Assembly (NCBI GenBank): GCA_002728175.1
Contig: PBVH01000012.1
Coordinates: 105,037 to 169,036, forward strand
Length of the DNA stretch: 64,000 nucleotides
Direction of reading: 5' to 3'
DNA from: Flavobacteriales bacterium
GTDB taxonomy: Bacteria > Bacteroidota > Bacteroidia > Flavobacteriales > BACL11
Part shown: in pieces, positions 37,808 through 47,785 of the stretch
Position numbering within the stretch: the stretch's first letter is position 1
How the letters are laid out: every line of letters begins with the position of its first letter
The notes under the pieces: model-generated
Seen by the model: only the letters and a program-made list of their open reading frames with translations
Databases searched by the model: none
Told to the model about the DNA's origin: nothing
Translations under genes and position numbers: made by a program

Positions 37808-38716
37808 ATGAGCCTTTTAGTTGTAGGAACAGTAGCGTTTGATGCTATTGAAACACCATTCGCAAAAACAGATAAAATCATTGGAGGAGCAGCCACATAT
37901 ATTTGTCATTCTGCAAGTTTTTTTTCAAAAAATATAAATCTAGTTTCAGTCGTTGGAGAGGATTTTCCCAATAAAGCTATTAACAGTCTAAAAGAAAAAG
38001 GTGTTGATGTAAAAGGGTTGCAAATTAAAGAAGGAAGAAAGACATTTTTTTGGTCGGGAAAGTATCACAATAACATGAACTCAAGAGACACGCTTAAAAC
38101 GGAATTAAATGTTTTAGAAGATTTTGATCCGATTGTCCCAAAACAGTACACCAAATCAGAATTCTTAATGTTGGGAAATTTAATGCCCTCAGTTCAAAAA
38201 AGGGTGCTGGAACAAATGCAGGAAAGACCAAAACTTATTGTTTTAGACACCATGAACTTTTGGATGGATAACTTCATGCCAGATTTAAAAGAAGCCTTAA
38301 AAAACACGGATGTATTAACAATTAACGATGATGAAGCAAGACAGCTATCGGGCGAATATTCTTTGTTGATAGCAGCAAAAAAGATTCTAACAATGGGGCC
38401 AAAATATTTAATAATTAAAAAGGGAGAACACGGAGCGATTTTGTTTGGTGAAGATAAAATGTTTTATTCTCCAGCCGTAATGCTTGAGAATGTTATTGAC
38501 CCAACAGGAGCGGGAGATTCGTTTGCCGGAGGTTTTATAGGGTATTTAGCAAAAACAAAAGAAATTACTTTTGACAACATGAAAAAAGCAGTTGTATACG
38601 GGACAGTCTTAGCGTCATTTACCGTGGAAAAACTGGGGATAGAAAGTATAGAAAACATAGAAGAAGAAAAAGTTAATAAAAGATTGGCTGAAATAAGAAG
38701 CGTAGTTTCTTTTTAA
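37808..38716 (+). CDS. PfkB family carbohydrate/nucleoside kinase
   Basis: 302-aa ORF with the PfkB signature DPTGAGDSFAGGF and an N-terminal GGAATY motif. Confidence 0.8.
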   Translation: MSLLVVGTVAFDAIETPFAKTDKIIGGAATYICHSASFFSKNINLVSVVGEDFPNKAINSLKEKGVDVKGLQIKEGRKTFFWSGKYHNNMNSRDTLKTELNVLEDFDPIVPKQYTKSEFLMLGNLMPSVQKRVLEQMQERPKLIVLDTMNFWMDNFMPDLKEALKNTDVLTINDDEARQLSGEYSLLIAAKKILTMGPKYLIIKKGEHGAILFGEDKMFYSPAVMLENVIDPTGAGDSFAGGFIGYLAKTKEITFDNMKKAVVYGTVLASFTVEKLGIESIENIEEEKVNKRLAEIRSVVSF

Positions 38717-39192
38717 AATAATGTAGAGTTGTTGTTTCGACTTTGATTTTCGTACCAAACATCAGAAACAAGATCAGCCCCCTCAGCAGCAGAAACAGCC
38801 AAACGATCACAACGTTCGTTTTCAACATTGTTGTTGTGTCCTTTTACCCACAAAAAACGGATAGAATGCTTTTTGTAAACAGATAAAAAACGAATCCACA
38901 AGTCGGGGTTTTTCTTTCCTTTAAAGTTCTTTTTTTGCCAATCAAATAACCAACCTTTTTCAATTGCATTAACAACATATTTTGAGTCAGAATAAACAAC
39001 AATTTCTGAGTTCAGTTTTTTAACGTTTTCAATACCAACAATAACCGCCAACAGTTCCATACGATTGTTAGTGGTTAATAAAAACCCTTTGCTAATTTCT
39101 TTTCTATGTTTACCGCTTAGCATTACAACCCCATAACCCCCTCTTCCAGGATTACCCTTAGCAGAACCATCGGTATAAATTATGATTGACAC
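38713..39192 (-). CDS. rnhA: Ribonuclease HI
   Basis: 159-aa ORF. The segments IYTDGSAKGNPGRGGYG...NNRMEL...YSDSKYV...WVKGHNNNVENERCDRLA carry the DEDD catalytic pattern. Confidence 0.9.
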   Translation of the reverse strand: MSIIIYTDGSAKGNPGRGGYGVVMLSGKHRKEISKGFLLTTNNRMELLAVIVGIENVKKLNSEIVVYSDSKYVVNAIEKGWLFDWQKKNFKGKKNPDLWIRFLSVYKKHSIRFLWVKGHNNNVENERCDRLAVSAAEGADLVSDVWYENQSRNNNSTLF

Positions 39193-39755
39193 TTTTTGAT
39201 GTAATTTAAAATTGTTGGCGCAAAAAACTGATGCTCTAAAATAGAGATTTTTTTTGAGAGAGACTCTGCTGTTTCAGCCGTAGAAACATTGCATTTTTCT
39301 TGAAATAGTATTTTTCCTTGATCATAAAACTCATTTACCAAATGAATTGTTATACCAGAATAAGGTTCATTATTTTCTATAATGGCTTTATGAACATTCA
39401 TGCCAAACATTCCTTTACCACCATATTTTGGAAGTAATGAGGGGTGAATGTTTATGATTCGGTTTTTATAAAAAGCCACAAGTTTTTTAGGAATCTTTAA
39501 TAAAAAACCAGCCAAAACAATAAAATCAATCTTTTTTTCTAATAGCTTGTCGTTAAATTCAGAAAAATTAAAAAGCTGCTTTTTTGAAAAAACAAAGCTA
39601 TCAATGCCATGTTTTTTTGCGCGTTGTAAAATAAATGAAGATCTGTTATTTGATGCTATAAGCGCAACTTTTGCATGTGTACAACTAGAAAAATATTCTA
39701 ATATTTTTTCTGCATTAGATCCAGAGCCAGAACCAAAAATTGCTATGTTTTTCAA
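39180..39755 (-). CDS. purN: Phosphoribosylglycinamide formyltransferase
   Basis: 191-aa ORF with IAIFGSGSGSN, IINIHPSLLP and GITIHLVNEFYDQG motifs. Confidence 0.9.
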   Translation of the reverse strand: MKNIAIFGSGSGSNAEKILEYFSSCTHAKVALIASNNRSSFILQRAKKHGIDSFVFSKKQLFNFSEFNDKLLEKKIDFIVLAGFLLKIPKKLVAFYKNRIINIHPSLLPKYGGKGMFGMNVHKAIIENNEPYSGITIHLVNEFYDQGKILFQEKCNVSTAETAESLSKKISILEHQFFAPTILNYIKKCQS

Positions 39756-39876
39756 TTAAGTTAAATTTTTTCAAAAATAAAATAAACAACCGGATGTTAA
39801 AATAGAAAATAATAAAGTTTGCAAATTCTTTAATTAATAGTTTTATTTGCAAAGTAATAACTATAAAAAAAAAATT

Positions 39877-40107
39877 ATGTCAGATATTTCAGAAAAGGTA
39901 AAAGCAATAATTGTAGACAAGTTAGGAATTGATGAAAACGAAGTTACTAATGAAGCAAGTTTCACTAATGATTTAGGTGCTGATTCATTAGACACAGTCG
40001 AACTAATAATGGAGTTTGAAAAAGAATTTGATATACAAATACCAGATGATCAAGCTGAAGCAATATCAACAGTAGGCGATGCGGTAAAATATATTGAGTC
40101 TGCTTAA
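39877..40107 (+). CDS. acpP: Acyl carrier protein
   Basis: The sequence [23 protein letters not shown]...[17 protein letters not shown] contains the phosphopantetheine site DSLD. The track start at 39847 is a TTG. The ATG at 39877 fits the usual ACP length of 76 aa. Confidence 0.92.
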   Translation: MSDISEKVKAIIVDKLGIDENEVTNEASFTNDLGADSLDTVELIMEFEKEFDIQIPDDQAEAISTVGDAVKYIESA

Positions 40108-40113
40108 ATAGCT

Positions 40114-41364
40114 ATGACAAGAAGAGTTGTTATCACGGGTATAGGAGCGTTAACACCAATTGGTAATAATACTAAAGATTATTGGAGCTCTTTAAAAAAT
40201 GGTGTTAGTGGAGCGGCCCCTATTACATATTTTGATACAGAAAATTTTAAAACAAAGTTTGCCTGCGAACTAAAAGACTTTCAACCAACGGATTTTTTAG
40301 ACAGAAAAGAATCAAGAAAGCTTGATAGGTTTAGCCAATATGCCATGATTGTGGCGCAAGAAGCATTTAATGATGCCAAATTAGAAAACCATAATATTGT
40401 TTCTGAGCGCGCAGGTGTTATTTGGGGATCGGGAATAGGGGGCATGGAAACTTTTTTTGGTGAATCCGCAGGCTTTGCCAAAGGAAATGGCGTTCCCAGA
40501 TTTAATCCTTTTTTTATTCCAAAGCTAATTTCAGACATACCCGCGGGTCATATTTCAATTAAATACAAGCTTAGAGGACCTAATTTCACAACAGTATCTG
40601 CTTGCGCATCTTCAACAAACGCATTAATAGATGCGTTTAATTATATTAAGTGGGATAAAGCAGACATGTTTGTTGTTGGCGGATCAGAAGCGTGTATATT
40701 TGAGCCAGGAATAGGGGGCTTTAATGCAATGATGGCTTTGTCAACTAGAAACGATGATCCAAAAACAGCATCCCGCCCATTCGATAAAGATAGAGACGGT
40801 TTTGTAATGGGAGAAGGTGCGGGGGCATTTATAATCGAAGAGTATGAACATGCAATAAATAGAGGCGCAAAAATATATGCTGAGGTTGTAGGCTCGGGCC
40901 TCACAGCAGACGCACACCACATAACAGCTCCTCACCCAGAGGGTTTAGGAGCGCTCAACGTAATGAGAGAAGCAATAAGTGAGGCAAAAATTAATAAAGA
41001 GGAGGTTGATTATATTAATGTTCATGGAACATCAACCCCGCTTGGAGATGTTGCTGAAACAAAAGCAATAAAACAATTATTTGATAATCACGCATACAGC
41101 TTAAATATAAGTTCTACGAAATCTATGACGGGACACCTCCTTGGTGCAGCAGGAATTATAGAGGCTATTGCTGCGGTGTTGGCGATTAAACACAATATTG
41201 TTCCGCCGACGATTAACCATCACACGCAAGATCCAGAAATAGATAGCAAGCTGAATCTTACTCTCAATGTAGCTCAAAAGAAAGAAATACGATATGCACT
41301 AAGCAATACGTTTGGTTTTGGAGGGCATAACGCATCAATACTTTTTAAAAACCCAGAACTATAA
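40114..41364 (+). CDS. fabF: Beta-ketoacyl-ACP synthase II
   Basis: 416-aa ORF with the active-site Cys in SACASS, the His residues in DAHHITAP and NVHGTSTP, and the C-terminus NTFGFGGHNASILF. Confidence 0.93.
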   Translation: MTRRVVITGIGALTPIGNNTKDYWSSLKNGVSGAAPITYFDTENFKTKFACELKDFQPTDFLDRKESRKLDRFSQYAMIVAQEAFNDAKLENHNIVSERAGVIWGSGIGGMETFFGESAGFAKGNGVPRFNPFFIPKLISDIPAGHISIKYKLRGPNFTTVSACASSTNALIDAFNYIKWDKADMFVVGGSEACIFEPGIGGFNAMMALSTRNDDPKTASRPFDKDRDGFVMGEGAGAFIIEEYEHAINRGAKIYAEVVGSGLTADAHHITAPHPEGLGALNVMREAISEAKINKEEVDYINVHGTSTPLGDVAETKAIKQLFDNHAYSLNISSTKSMTGHLLGAAGIIEAIAAVLAIKHNIVPPTINHHTQDPEIDSKLNLTLNVAQKKEIRYALSNTFGFGGHNASILFKNPEL

Positions 41365-41402
41365 CATTTTTTTCAAGATACTTAATAAAATCTTTTTTTC
41401 GT

Positions 41403-42026
41403 TTGAAAAAGAAAAAGAGTCGTTTTAACTATAGAGAAGAAATATATAAAACAGCTTTTCAACACAAGTCATATTGTAAAACAAACAACAACGAACGTTT
41501 AGAATTTTTAGGAGATGCTATTTTATGTTTTGTTGTTTCAGAATATATTTATGATGAAAATAAAACACAAAAAGAAGGATATTTATCAAAAAAGAGAGCT
41601 GTAATAGTTGCCAGAAAACACTTAAATATGGTAGGAAAAAGAGTGATAAACAAGGAATTACTAAAAACAAAAACAGAAACAATAAGTGATAATATATATG
41701 GAAACGCTCTTGAAGCTCTTATAGGCGCAATATATATCGAAAGAGGGATAAAAGAGGTAAAACAATTTATTATAGATAAAATTATTAATTCCGAATTTGT
41801 TGACGAATTGATAAATACTGATTATAAAAGTAACCTTCAAAAAATTATTCAAAAAAATCAAAACGATATAAAATATAATTTAACAAACACAAAAGGACCG
41901 GAACACGATAAAGAGTTTTATGTGACTTTGTTTATTGATAACAAGCAAATAAGCCGCGCAAAAGGACGCTCTTTAAAGGAAGCGGAGCAAAACGCCGCGA
42001 AAAAAGCATTAAAAAGTGTATCTTAG
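41403..42026 (+). CDS. rnc: Ribonuclease III
   Basis: RNase III signature NERLEFLGDAIL and a C-terminal dsRBD (GPEHDKEF...GRSLKEAEQNAAKKAL). The only canonical start is the TTG at 41403. The frame stays open upstream through the fabF stop but has no start codon there, so the N-terminus is uncertain. Confidence 0.85.
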   Translation: MKKKKSRFNYREEIYKTAFQHKSYCKTNNNERLEFLGDAILCFVVSEYIYDENKTQKEGYLSKKRAVIVARKHLNMVGKRVINKELLKTKTETISDNIYGNALEALIGAIYIERGIKEVKQFIIDKIINSEFVDELINTDYKSNLQKIIQKNQNDIKYNLTNTKGPEHDKEFYVTLFIDNKQISRAKGRSLKEAEQNAAKKALKSVS

Positions 42027-42031
42027 CTGAA

Positions 42032-42430
42032 ATGAAAAAACGCTTTATATTAGAACCGGTTGAAGAAGATTTTAGGGTTTATGCCATTAACAGTCATGCA
42101 AAAGGCTATTCACTTTGTTGGAAGATAAATCAACAATTTAAAATAGACCTAGAAAGAGTTAGTGAAGCAGTTGTACAAAACAGTGTTTTTGTTCGCTACA
42201 ACTATAAAAGCAACGAAGGGCAAGAGTTTAATGTAATAACAAACAGATCAAAAGAAGGCTACTTTATTCCTGATCACAAGGCCGTAAACTACTTTTTGGT
42301 TGTTAATAAAAAGCATAATCAAAAAAAATTATTAGAAGAATTAAAAAAAAACAGTGAAATATTATTTGCTTTTGAGCTTGAACTAGAAAAGAGCAAATAC
42401 ACAGAAAGATTTATATTTAATGATACGTAA
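42032..42430 (+). CDS. Conserved hypothetical protein downstream of rnc, IPExxxVDY-family-like
   Basis: 132-aa ORF. The N-terminus (LEPVEEDFRVYAINSHAKGYSLCWKINQ) and the position between rnc and pyk match my recollection of this Bacteroidota-specific family. Not verified. Confidence 0.45.
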   Translation: MKKRFILEPVEEDFRVYAINSHAKGYSLCWKINQQFKIDLERVSEAVVQNSVFVRYNYKSNEGQEFNVITNRSKEGYFIPDHKAVNYFLVVNKKHNQKKLLEELKKNSEILFAFELELEKSKYTERFIFNDT

Positions 42431-43835
42431 AACTAAAATAATAGCAACAATTGGGCCCGCAACTAGCTCAAAAGAAATGATCAAAAGATTAATATCAAGA
42501 GGCGTTAACGTGTGTAGACTTAACTTCTCACATATTGATCATGAAACAGCAAAAGAAATAATAACCTCTATTAAAGAAATTAACCAAGAGCTGCATACGC
42601 ACACAGCAATATTAGCAGACCTACAAGGGCCTAAAATTAGGGTTGGCCAACTACCATCATCGTTTAAGTTGGTAAGGGGTAAAGAAGTGATTATTTGTAC
42701 AAAAAAAAGAGCAAACACAATTCCTGTTAATTATAATAATTTTGCTAAAGACGTAAAGAAAAGAGATGTCGTTTTGTTAGATGATGGAAAGCTGAGTTTA
42801 AAAGTGGTTTCTTCAAATGGAAAAGACACTGTAAAATTAAAAGTAGTACACGGAGGGTTGCTTCATTCGTTCAAGGGAATTAACTTGCCAAATACAAAAA
42901 TCACCCTTCCTTGCTTAACTAGAAAAGATAGAAAGGATTTAGCGTTCATATTAAAAGAAAAAATAGAGTGGATTGGACTATCTTTTGTCCGTTCTTCGGA
43001 GGACATTAAAAAGCTGAAAAGAATAATTAAGCGAGCAAAAGTAACTCATAAAGTGATTGCTAAAATTGAAAAACCACAAGCAATAAAAGAATTAGACACA
43101 ATCATTAATGAGTCGGAGGCAATAATGGTGGCAAGAGGAGATTTGGGCGTCGAGGTTCCAACACAAAAAGTTCCTGCATATCAAAAGAGCATCGTTGAAA
43201 AATGCATTGCTGCATCTAAACCGGTAGTTATTGCGACCCAAATGCTCGAAAGCATGACCGAAAACCCTCGAGCAACTAGAGCTGAGGTAAATGACGTTGC
43301 TAATTCAGTTATAGATGGTGCGGACGCTGTTATGTTAAGCGGTGAAACATCTGTTGGTCAACATCCTCTAAAAGCGGTAGACACTATGAGAAAAATAATT
43401 CGTGATGTTGAAAAAAGCAAACACAGTATTTCAAAAAATCAACCACCTAGAGAAATAACAAATAAAGAAAGGCTTTTATCTGAGGCGATATGTTCAAACG
43501 CATGCTCAATAGCCGAAACGGCTAACGCTAAAGCAATTATTGCAATAACATATTCTGGCTATAATGCAATAAAAACCTCAAGCTTTAGGCCAAATGCTTT
43601 TATATATGTTTTTACGCATAATCACACGATATTAAACACTCTAAGTTTGGTTTGGGGGGTAAGAGGTTTTTATTACGATAGGGGGGCAACTACAGATCAG
43701 ACTATTGAGGAAACAATCAACTTTTTGAAGCAAAACAAATTAATAAGGAAAAATGATTTTGTTGTTAACCTTGCCAGTATGCCGGCACAAGAAAAAGGAA
43801 TGACAAATGTCATGAAATTAAGTAAAGTAAAATAA
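42420..43835 (+). CDS. pyk: Pyruvate kinase
   Basis: 471-aa ORF with TKIIATIGPA, CRLNFSH, MVARGDLGVE and ATQMLESM motifs. Confidence 0.93.
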   Translation: MIRKTKIIATIGPATSSKEMIKRLISRGVNVCRLNFSHIDHETAKEIITSIKEINQELHTHTAILADLQGPKIRVGQLPSSFKLVRGKEVIICTKKRANTIPVNYNNFAKDVKKRDVVLLDDGKLSLKVVSSNGKDTVKLKVVHGGLLHSFKGINLPNTKITLPCLTRKDRKDLAFILKEKIEWIGLSFVRSSEDIKKLKRIIKRAKVTHKVIAKIEKPQAIKELDTIINESEAIMVARGDLGVEVPTQKVPAYQKSIVEKCIAASKPVVIATQMLESMTENPRATRAEVNDVANSVIDGADAVMLSGETSVGQHPLKAVDTMRKIIRDVEKSKHSISKNQPPREITNKERLLSEAICSNACSIAETANAKAIIAITYSGYNAIKTSSFRPNAFIYVFTHNHTILNTLSLVWGVRGFYYDRGATTDQTIEETINFLKQNKLIRKNDFVVNLASMPAQEKGMTNVMKLSKVK

Positions 43836-43836
43836 T

Positions 43837-44883
43837 ATGATAAACAAGAAACTATTAGCAGAAATATGTGAGGTTGCAGGTGCTCCAGGCCACGAACAAA
43901 GAGTTAGAGAAATTGTAATAAAACAGGTAAAACCACTTGTTGATGAAATTAGAATTGACAACATGGGAAATGTTGTGGCTATAAAAAAAGGAAAAGAAAG
44001 GAAAAAAGTAATGATTGCGGCCCATATGGACGAAATAGGCTTTATCGTTACACACGTAGACGATCAAGGGTTTATATATTTTCATACTTTAGGAGGTTTT
44101 GATCCAAAAACCCTGACCGCACAAAGGGTTATAATTCATGGAAAAAAAGATGTTATTGGTGTTATGGGTAGCAAGCCAATACATCTGATGAGCGTGGCTG
44201 ACAGGGCAAAAGTACCAACGATAAAAGATTATTTTATTGATACTGGCATGACAAAAAAAGAGTTAGATAAGCTTATTTCTGTTGGGGACACGATTACTAG
44301 AGACAGAAAATTAATTGAGATGGGAGAGTGTTTAAATTGTAAATCTATGGACAACAGGGTTTCGGTTTTTATACTTATTGAAATGTTAAGAGAAATGAAA
44401 AACATTCCTCCGTATGATGTTTATGCTGTTTTTACTGTACAAGAAGAAATAGGAATTAGAGGGGCAAATGTTTCGGCAATGGATATCAATCCTGATTTTG
44501 GTTTTGGTCTTGATACGACTATTGCTTGGGATACACCGGGAAGCACAAAACAAGAAAGAGTGTCGGCTCTAGGTGAGGGGGCTTGTATTAAGGTTATGGA
44601 TTCGTCAACTGTATGTGACTATAGAATGGTAGCCTATATGAAAGAAATAGCCAAAAAGAAAAAAATTAAAACACAGTTAGAAATCTTGCCGGCTGGAGGA
44701 ACGGACACATCTGGAGTTCAAAGGATGAATCCGGGAGGTAGCATCGCAGGTGCGGTTTCTATACCCACAAGACATATACATCAAGTTATCGAAATGGTCA
44801 ACAAAAAAGATGTTAGAGCGGCCATAGATCTTCTTGGGGGGTGTGTTGAAAACCTTAATTCTTATGATTGGAATTTTAAATAG
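43837..44883 (+). CDS. M42 family metallopeptidase (FrvX / glutamyl aminopeptidase-like)
   Basis: 348-aa ORF with APGHEQRVRE, AHMDEIGF, DNRVS and QEEIGIRGA motifs. Confidence 0.85.
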   Translation: MINKKLLAEICEVAGAPGHEQRVREIVIKQVKPLVDEIRIDNMGNVVAIKKGKERKKVMIAAHMDEIGFIVTHVDDQGFIYFHTLGGFDPKTLTAQRVIIHGKKDVIGVMGSKPIHLMSVADRAKVPTIKDYFIDTGMTKKELDKLISVGDTITRDRKLIEMGECLNCKSMDNRVSVFILIEMLREMKNIPPYDVYAVFTVQEEIGIRGANVSAMDINPDFGFGLDTTIAWDTPGSTKQERVSALGEGACIKVMDSSTVCDYRMVAYMKEIAKKKKIKTQLEILPAGGTDTSGVQRMNPGGSIAGAVSIPTRHIHQVIEMVNKKDVRAAIDLLGGCVENLNSYDWNFK

Positions 44884-44946
44884 ATTTAAAACATTAAAGG
44901 AAAGTTAAAAATAAAAACTATCTTTAAAAAAATTAAACAATCAAAA

Positions 44947-45465
44947 ATGAAAAAAATAACATACCTTTTTATAGCAATTTCAATAGTATTTGCATCATGC
45001 ACAAAAGAGGAAGGTTGCACCGATTCAAGAGCAACCAATTACAAATCAAGCGCAGAGTCTGACGATGGTTCATGTGTTTTTTCAATTGCTGGAGGAGAGT
45101 GGATAACACAATCTATTTCTGCAAGTGGAACAATGTCGGTTTCTTTAATGGGAATACCGTTTTTAGATAGCGCAATAAATTATATAGAAACAGATTCATT
45201 AGAACCATATAAGTTATCTTTTTTTGATGATAATACCTATGTTGAATACGATCAGTCTAACCAGGAGGTAGAGGGCGGAACTTGGTCTGTTTCAGGAACT
45301 GAACTAACAATAAATACACCAGACACAACACTAATTGGAACACTTGAGGATGTTAGCAAAACAAACGCAACAATAATTATGGATTTTTCAGAAAACTTCA
45401 CTGAAGACGGAGCAACATTCGATATTAATCTAACACAAACGTTATCCCTTTCTAGAGATTGGTAG
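44947..45465 (+). CDS. Lipoprotein of unknown function with an N-terminal Cys-bounded 'CTD..A.NY...A..DDGSC' mini-motif
   Basis: 172-aa ORF with a lipobox (VFASC), then EGCTDSRATNYKSSAESDDGSCVF, then a beta-rich region. Confidence 0.5.
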   Translation: MKKITYLFIAISIVFASCTKEEGCTDSRATNYKSSAESDDGSCVFSIAGGEWITQSISASGTMSVSLMGIPFLDSAINYIETDSLEPYKLSFFDDNTYVEYDQSNQEVEGGTWSVSGTELTINTPDTTLIGTLEDVSKTNATIIMDFSENFTEDGATFDINLTQTLSLSRDW

Positions 45466-46471
45466 ATGAAAACTGCTTTAAAAACCTAACATCATTTTCG
45501 TAAAATAAGCGAATATCATCAATACCATACAGAAGCATTGCAATTCGTTCTATGCCCATACCAAAGGCATAACCACTATATTTTTTGGAGTCAATACCGC
45601 AGTTTTCTAAAACGTTTGGATCAACCATTCCACAGCCAAGAATCTCAAGCCACCCCGTACCTTTAGTAATTCTATAGTCAGACTCTTTTTCTAAACCCCA
45701 ATAGATATCTACCTCTGCAGAAGGCTCTGTAAAAGGAAAGTATGAGGGACGAAGTCTAATCTTAGTATTCTTTCCAAACATTTCTTTTGCAAAGTAAAGA
45801 AGAGTTTGTTTTAAGTCAGAAAAACTAACTTTTTCATCAATGTATAACCCCTCTACTTGATGAAACAAGCAGTGTGCTCTTGCGGAAATCGCCTCATTTC
45901 TATAAACTCTTCCAGGAGAAAGTGTTCTAATTGGAGGCTTATTTGACTGCATGTGTCTAACCTGAACAGAGGACGTGTGTGTTCTAAGAAGAACATCAGG
46001 ATTTGTTTGAACGAAAAAAGTGTCTTGCATGTCTCGGGCAGGATGATCTTCAGGAAGGTTTAAAGCTGTAAAGTTATGCCAATCATCCTCTATTTCTGGT
46101 CCATGAGAAACACTAAAACCAATACTGTTAAAAATGGAAATAATTTTTTGTTCAACAATAGATATAGGATGTCGGCTTCCTATTGAAGAATTTTTTACAG
46201 GCTTAAACAAATCAGGTTTTGGGCCAGTATTGTTTTCAGAAAACAAAGGTTTTAAGGAAGAGATTTTTGTTTGAACTAAATTTTTAAGATTGTTAATCGC
46301 TAAACCAAATTCTTTTTTTTGTTCATTTGGAACCTCTTTAAAGCTATTAAAAAGAGAGGTTAAATGTCCCTTTTTTCCTAAATATGAAAGCCTAAAACTT
46401 TCTAATTCTTCTTTAGAAGAAGGAGAAAAACCCTCAACCTTTTTTACTAAACTATCAATCTTTGATAACAT
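45452..46471 (-). CDS. pheS: Phenylalanine-tRNA ligase alpha subunit
   Basis: 339-aa ORF with class II aaRS motifs HPARDMQDTF, RVYRNE and AFGMGIERIAML. Confidence 0.93.
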   Translation of the reverse strand: MLSKIDSLVKKVEGFSPSSKEELESFRLSYLGKKGHLTSLFNSFKEVPNEQKKEFGLAINNLKNLVQTKISSLKPLFSENNTGPKPDLFKPVKNSSIGSRHPISIVEQKIISIFNSIGFSVSHGPEIEDDWHNFTALNLPEDHPARDMQDTFFVQTNPDVLLRTHTSSVQVRHMQSNKPPIRTLSPGRVYRNEAISARAHCLFHQVEGLYIDEKVSFSDLKQTLLYFAKEMFGKNTKIRLRPSYFPFTEPSAEVDIYWGLEKESDYRITKGTGWLEILGCGMVDPNVLENCGIDSKKYSGYAFGMGIERIAMLLYGIDDIRLFYENDVRFLKQFSSTNL

Positions 46472-46520
46472 ACAATAATTTCTATATATTTGCTAAAGTA
46501 ATTACAAAATAACAATATTT

Positions 46521-46901
46521 ATGCGAATTAAATCGTCTTTCATAATATTTACAAGTTTTTTCGCATTATCATTAATGGTTCTAACTTCTTGTACAAAAGA
46601 AAGCAGTCCTACTGTAGGTGTTGTTATTGTTGTTGACCAACAAAAAAACCCAATCGCCGATGCTAGAGTAACACTATCTATTAACGACGATCTTGTAAGC
46701 AATCAAGGGGCAACACCAATAGGCGAATTAACTAGAACAGAATACACGGACGTTCAAGGAAGAGTAGAATTCACATATGAATTAGAAGCAATTTTTGATA
46801 TTAACATTCAAAAACTAAGTGGAAACGACACTTTAATTGGTCAAAACATGATTGCTTTGGTTAGGGGTGAAACCGTCACAAAACGAGTTACGATTAACTA
46901 A
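46521..46901 (+). CDS. Small lipoprotein, hypothetical, with a carboxypeptidase-regulatory-like or Ig-like beta fold
   Basis: 126-aa ORF with a lipobox (LTSC). The pattern VVIVVDQQKNPIADARVTL...TDVQGRVEF resembles CarboxypepD_reg-type domains. Confidence 0.45.
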   Translation: MRIKSSFIIFTSFFALSLMVLTSCTKESSPTVGVVIVVDQQKNPIADARVTLSINDDLVSNQGATPIGELTRTEYTDVQGRVEFTYELEAIFDINIQKLSGNDTLIGQNMIALVRGETVTKRVTIN

Positions 46902-47217
46902 TATATTTTATTATACCCTCTTTAATTAGTTTTTCTTGGTCTATTTCTGATAGGTTTTTTATAGCCCTAACTTCTTCATAGTGAGGCCAACCATCCTCAT
47001 CAACACCATTAAATCTATAATAACCAAAAGAACTAAGAATCTTACAGGTTGCTATATGTAAAACATCTACCTTTTCCTCTTTACTAAAGCTTTTTTCTGG
47101 CATATTCAGCTCTTGTAGCCCAATTAAATATAAAACACCTTTTAGTGTTATATCGTAATCAAATTGTTTTTCAAGACGCGCAATTAGAAGACTCCAATTT
47201 TTTTCTAAATCTTTCAT
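46894..47217 (-). CDS. Conserved hypothetical cytoplasmic protein
   Basis: 107-aa ORF with coding-like composition. I recognise no motif. Confidence 0.45.
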   Translation of the reverse strand: MKDLEKNWSLLIARLEKQFDYDITLKGVLYLIGLQELNMPEKSFSKEEKVDVLHIATCKILSSFGYYRFNGVDEDGWPHYEEVRAIKNLSEIDQEKLIKEGIIKYIS

Positions 47218-47248
47218 GACACAAAAATAAACTTAATATCTTTACAAA

Positions 47249-47785
47249 ATGAGTTATTTAGATATAGCTATTGTAATACCTTTTTTATACTCAACAATTA
47301 AGGGGTTTTCAAATGGACTTATTAAAGAAGTAACTGGTTTAATTGGTTTTGTTTTCGGGGTGTATTTTGCTATTAACTTTTCTGCTTATTTAGAGCCTAA
47401 AATATCTGTTTATTTCACGGGATACGAAGATTTTATACCAATTATCACATTTGTTATTTTATTCGGAATTATTATACTATCAATTCGTTCGGTAGGCTTT
47501 ATTTTAGATAAATTAACGAAGGCGCTTGCTCTTGGCATAATTAGCAAGCTACTAGGTGCAGTTTTCGGGTTTTTAAAAGTTTTATTGATACTAAGTTTTT
47601 TAATTTTTATAGTAAAAGATTATCAACTAATCAATTTAGAAAAATTTGATAAAACAGTGTTATTAAAGCCAATAGAAAATGTTTCAACCCAAATAATACC
47701 GAACATTAATAAACATAGAAACGAAGTTTTAGAAAAGATAGATAAAAAAACAAAAAAGGCAAAAGAAAAAATTAATCTTCAATAG
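47249..47785 (+). CDS. cvpA: CvpA family membrane protein
   Basis: 178-aa ORF. The N-terminus MSYLDIAIVIPFLYSTIKGFSNGLIKE and 4 TM helices are typical of CvpA. Confidence 0.75.
   Translation: MSYLDIAIVIPFLYSTIKGFSNGLIKEVTGLIGFVFGVYFAINFSAYLEPKISVYFTGYEDFIPIITFVILFGIIILSIRSVGFILDKLTKALALGIISKLLGAVFGFLKVLLILSFLIFIVKDYQLINLEKFDKTVLLKPIENVSTQIIPNINKHRNEVLEKIDKKTKKAKEKINLQ

Noticed and set aside
41355-41402. A longer RNase III N-terminus, because the rnc frame stays open upstream through the fabF stop.
   Set aside because: There is no ATG, GTG or TTG codon in that stretch, so the TTG at 41403 is the only canonical start. A non-canonical start or a sequencing error cannot be excluded but is not supported.
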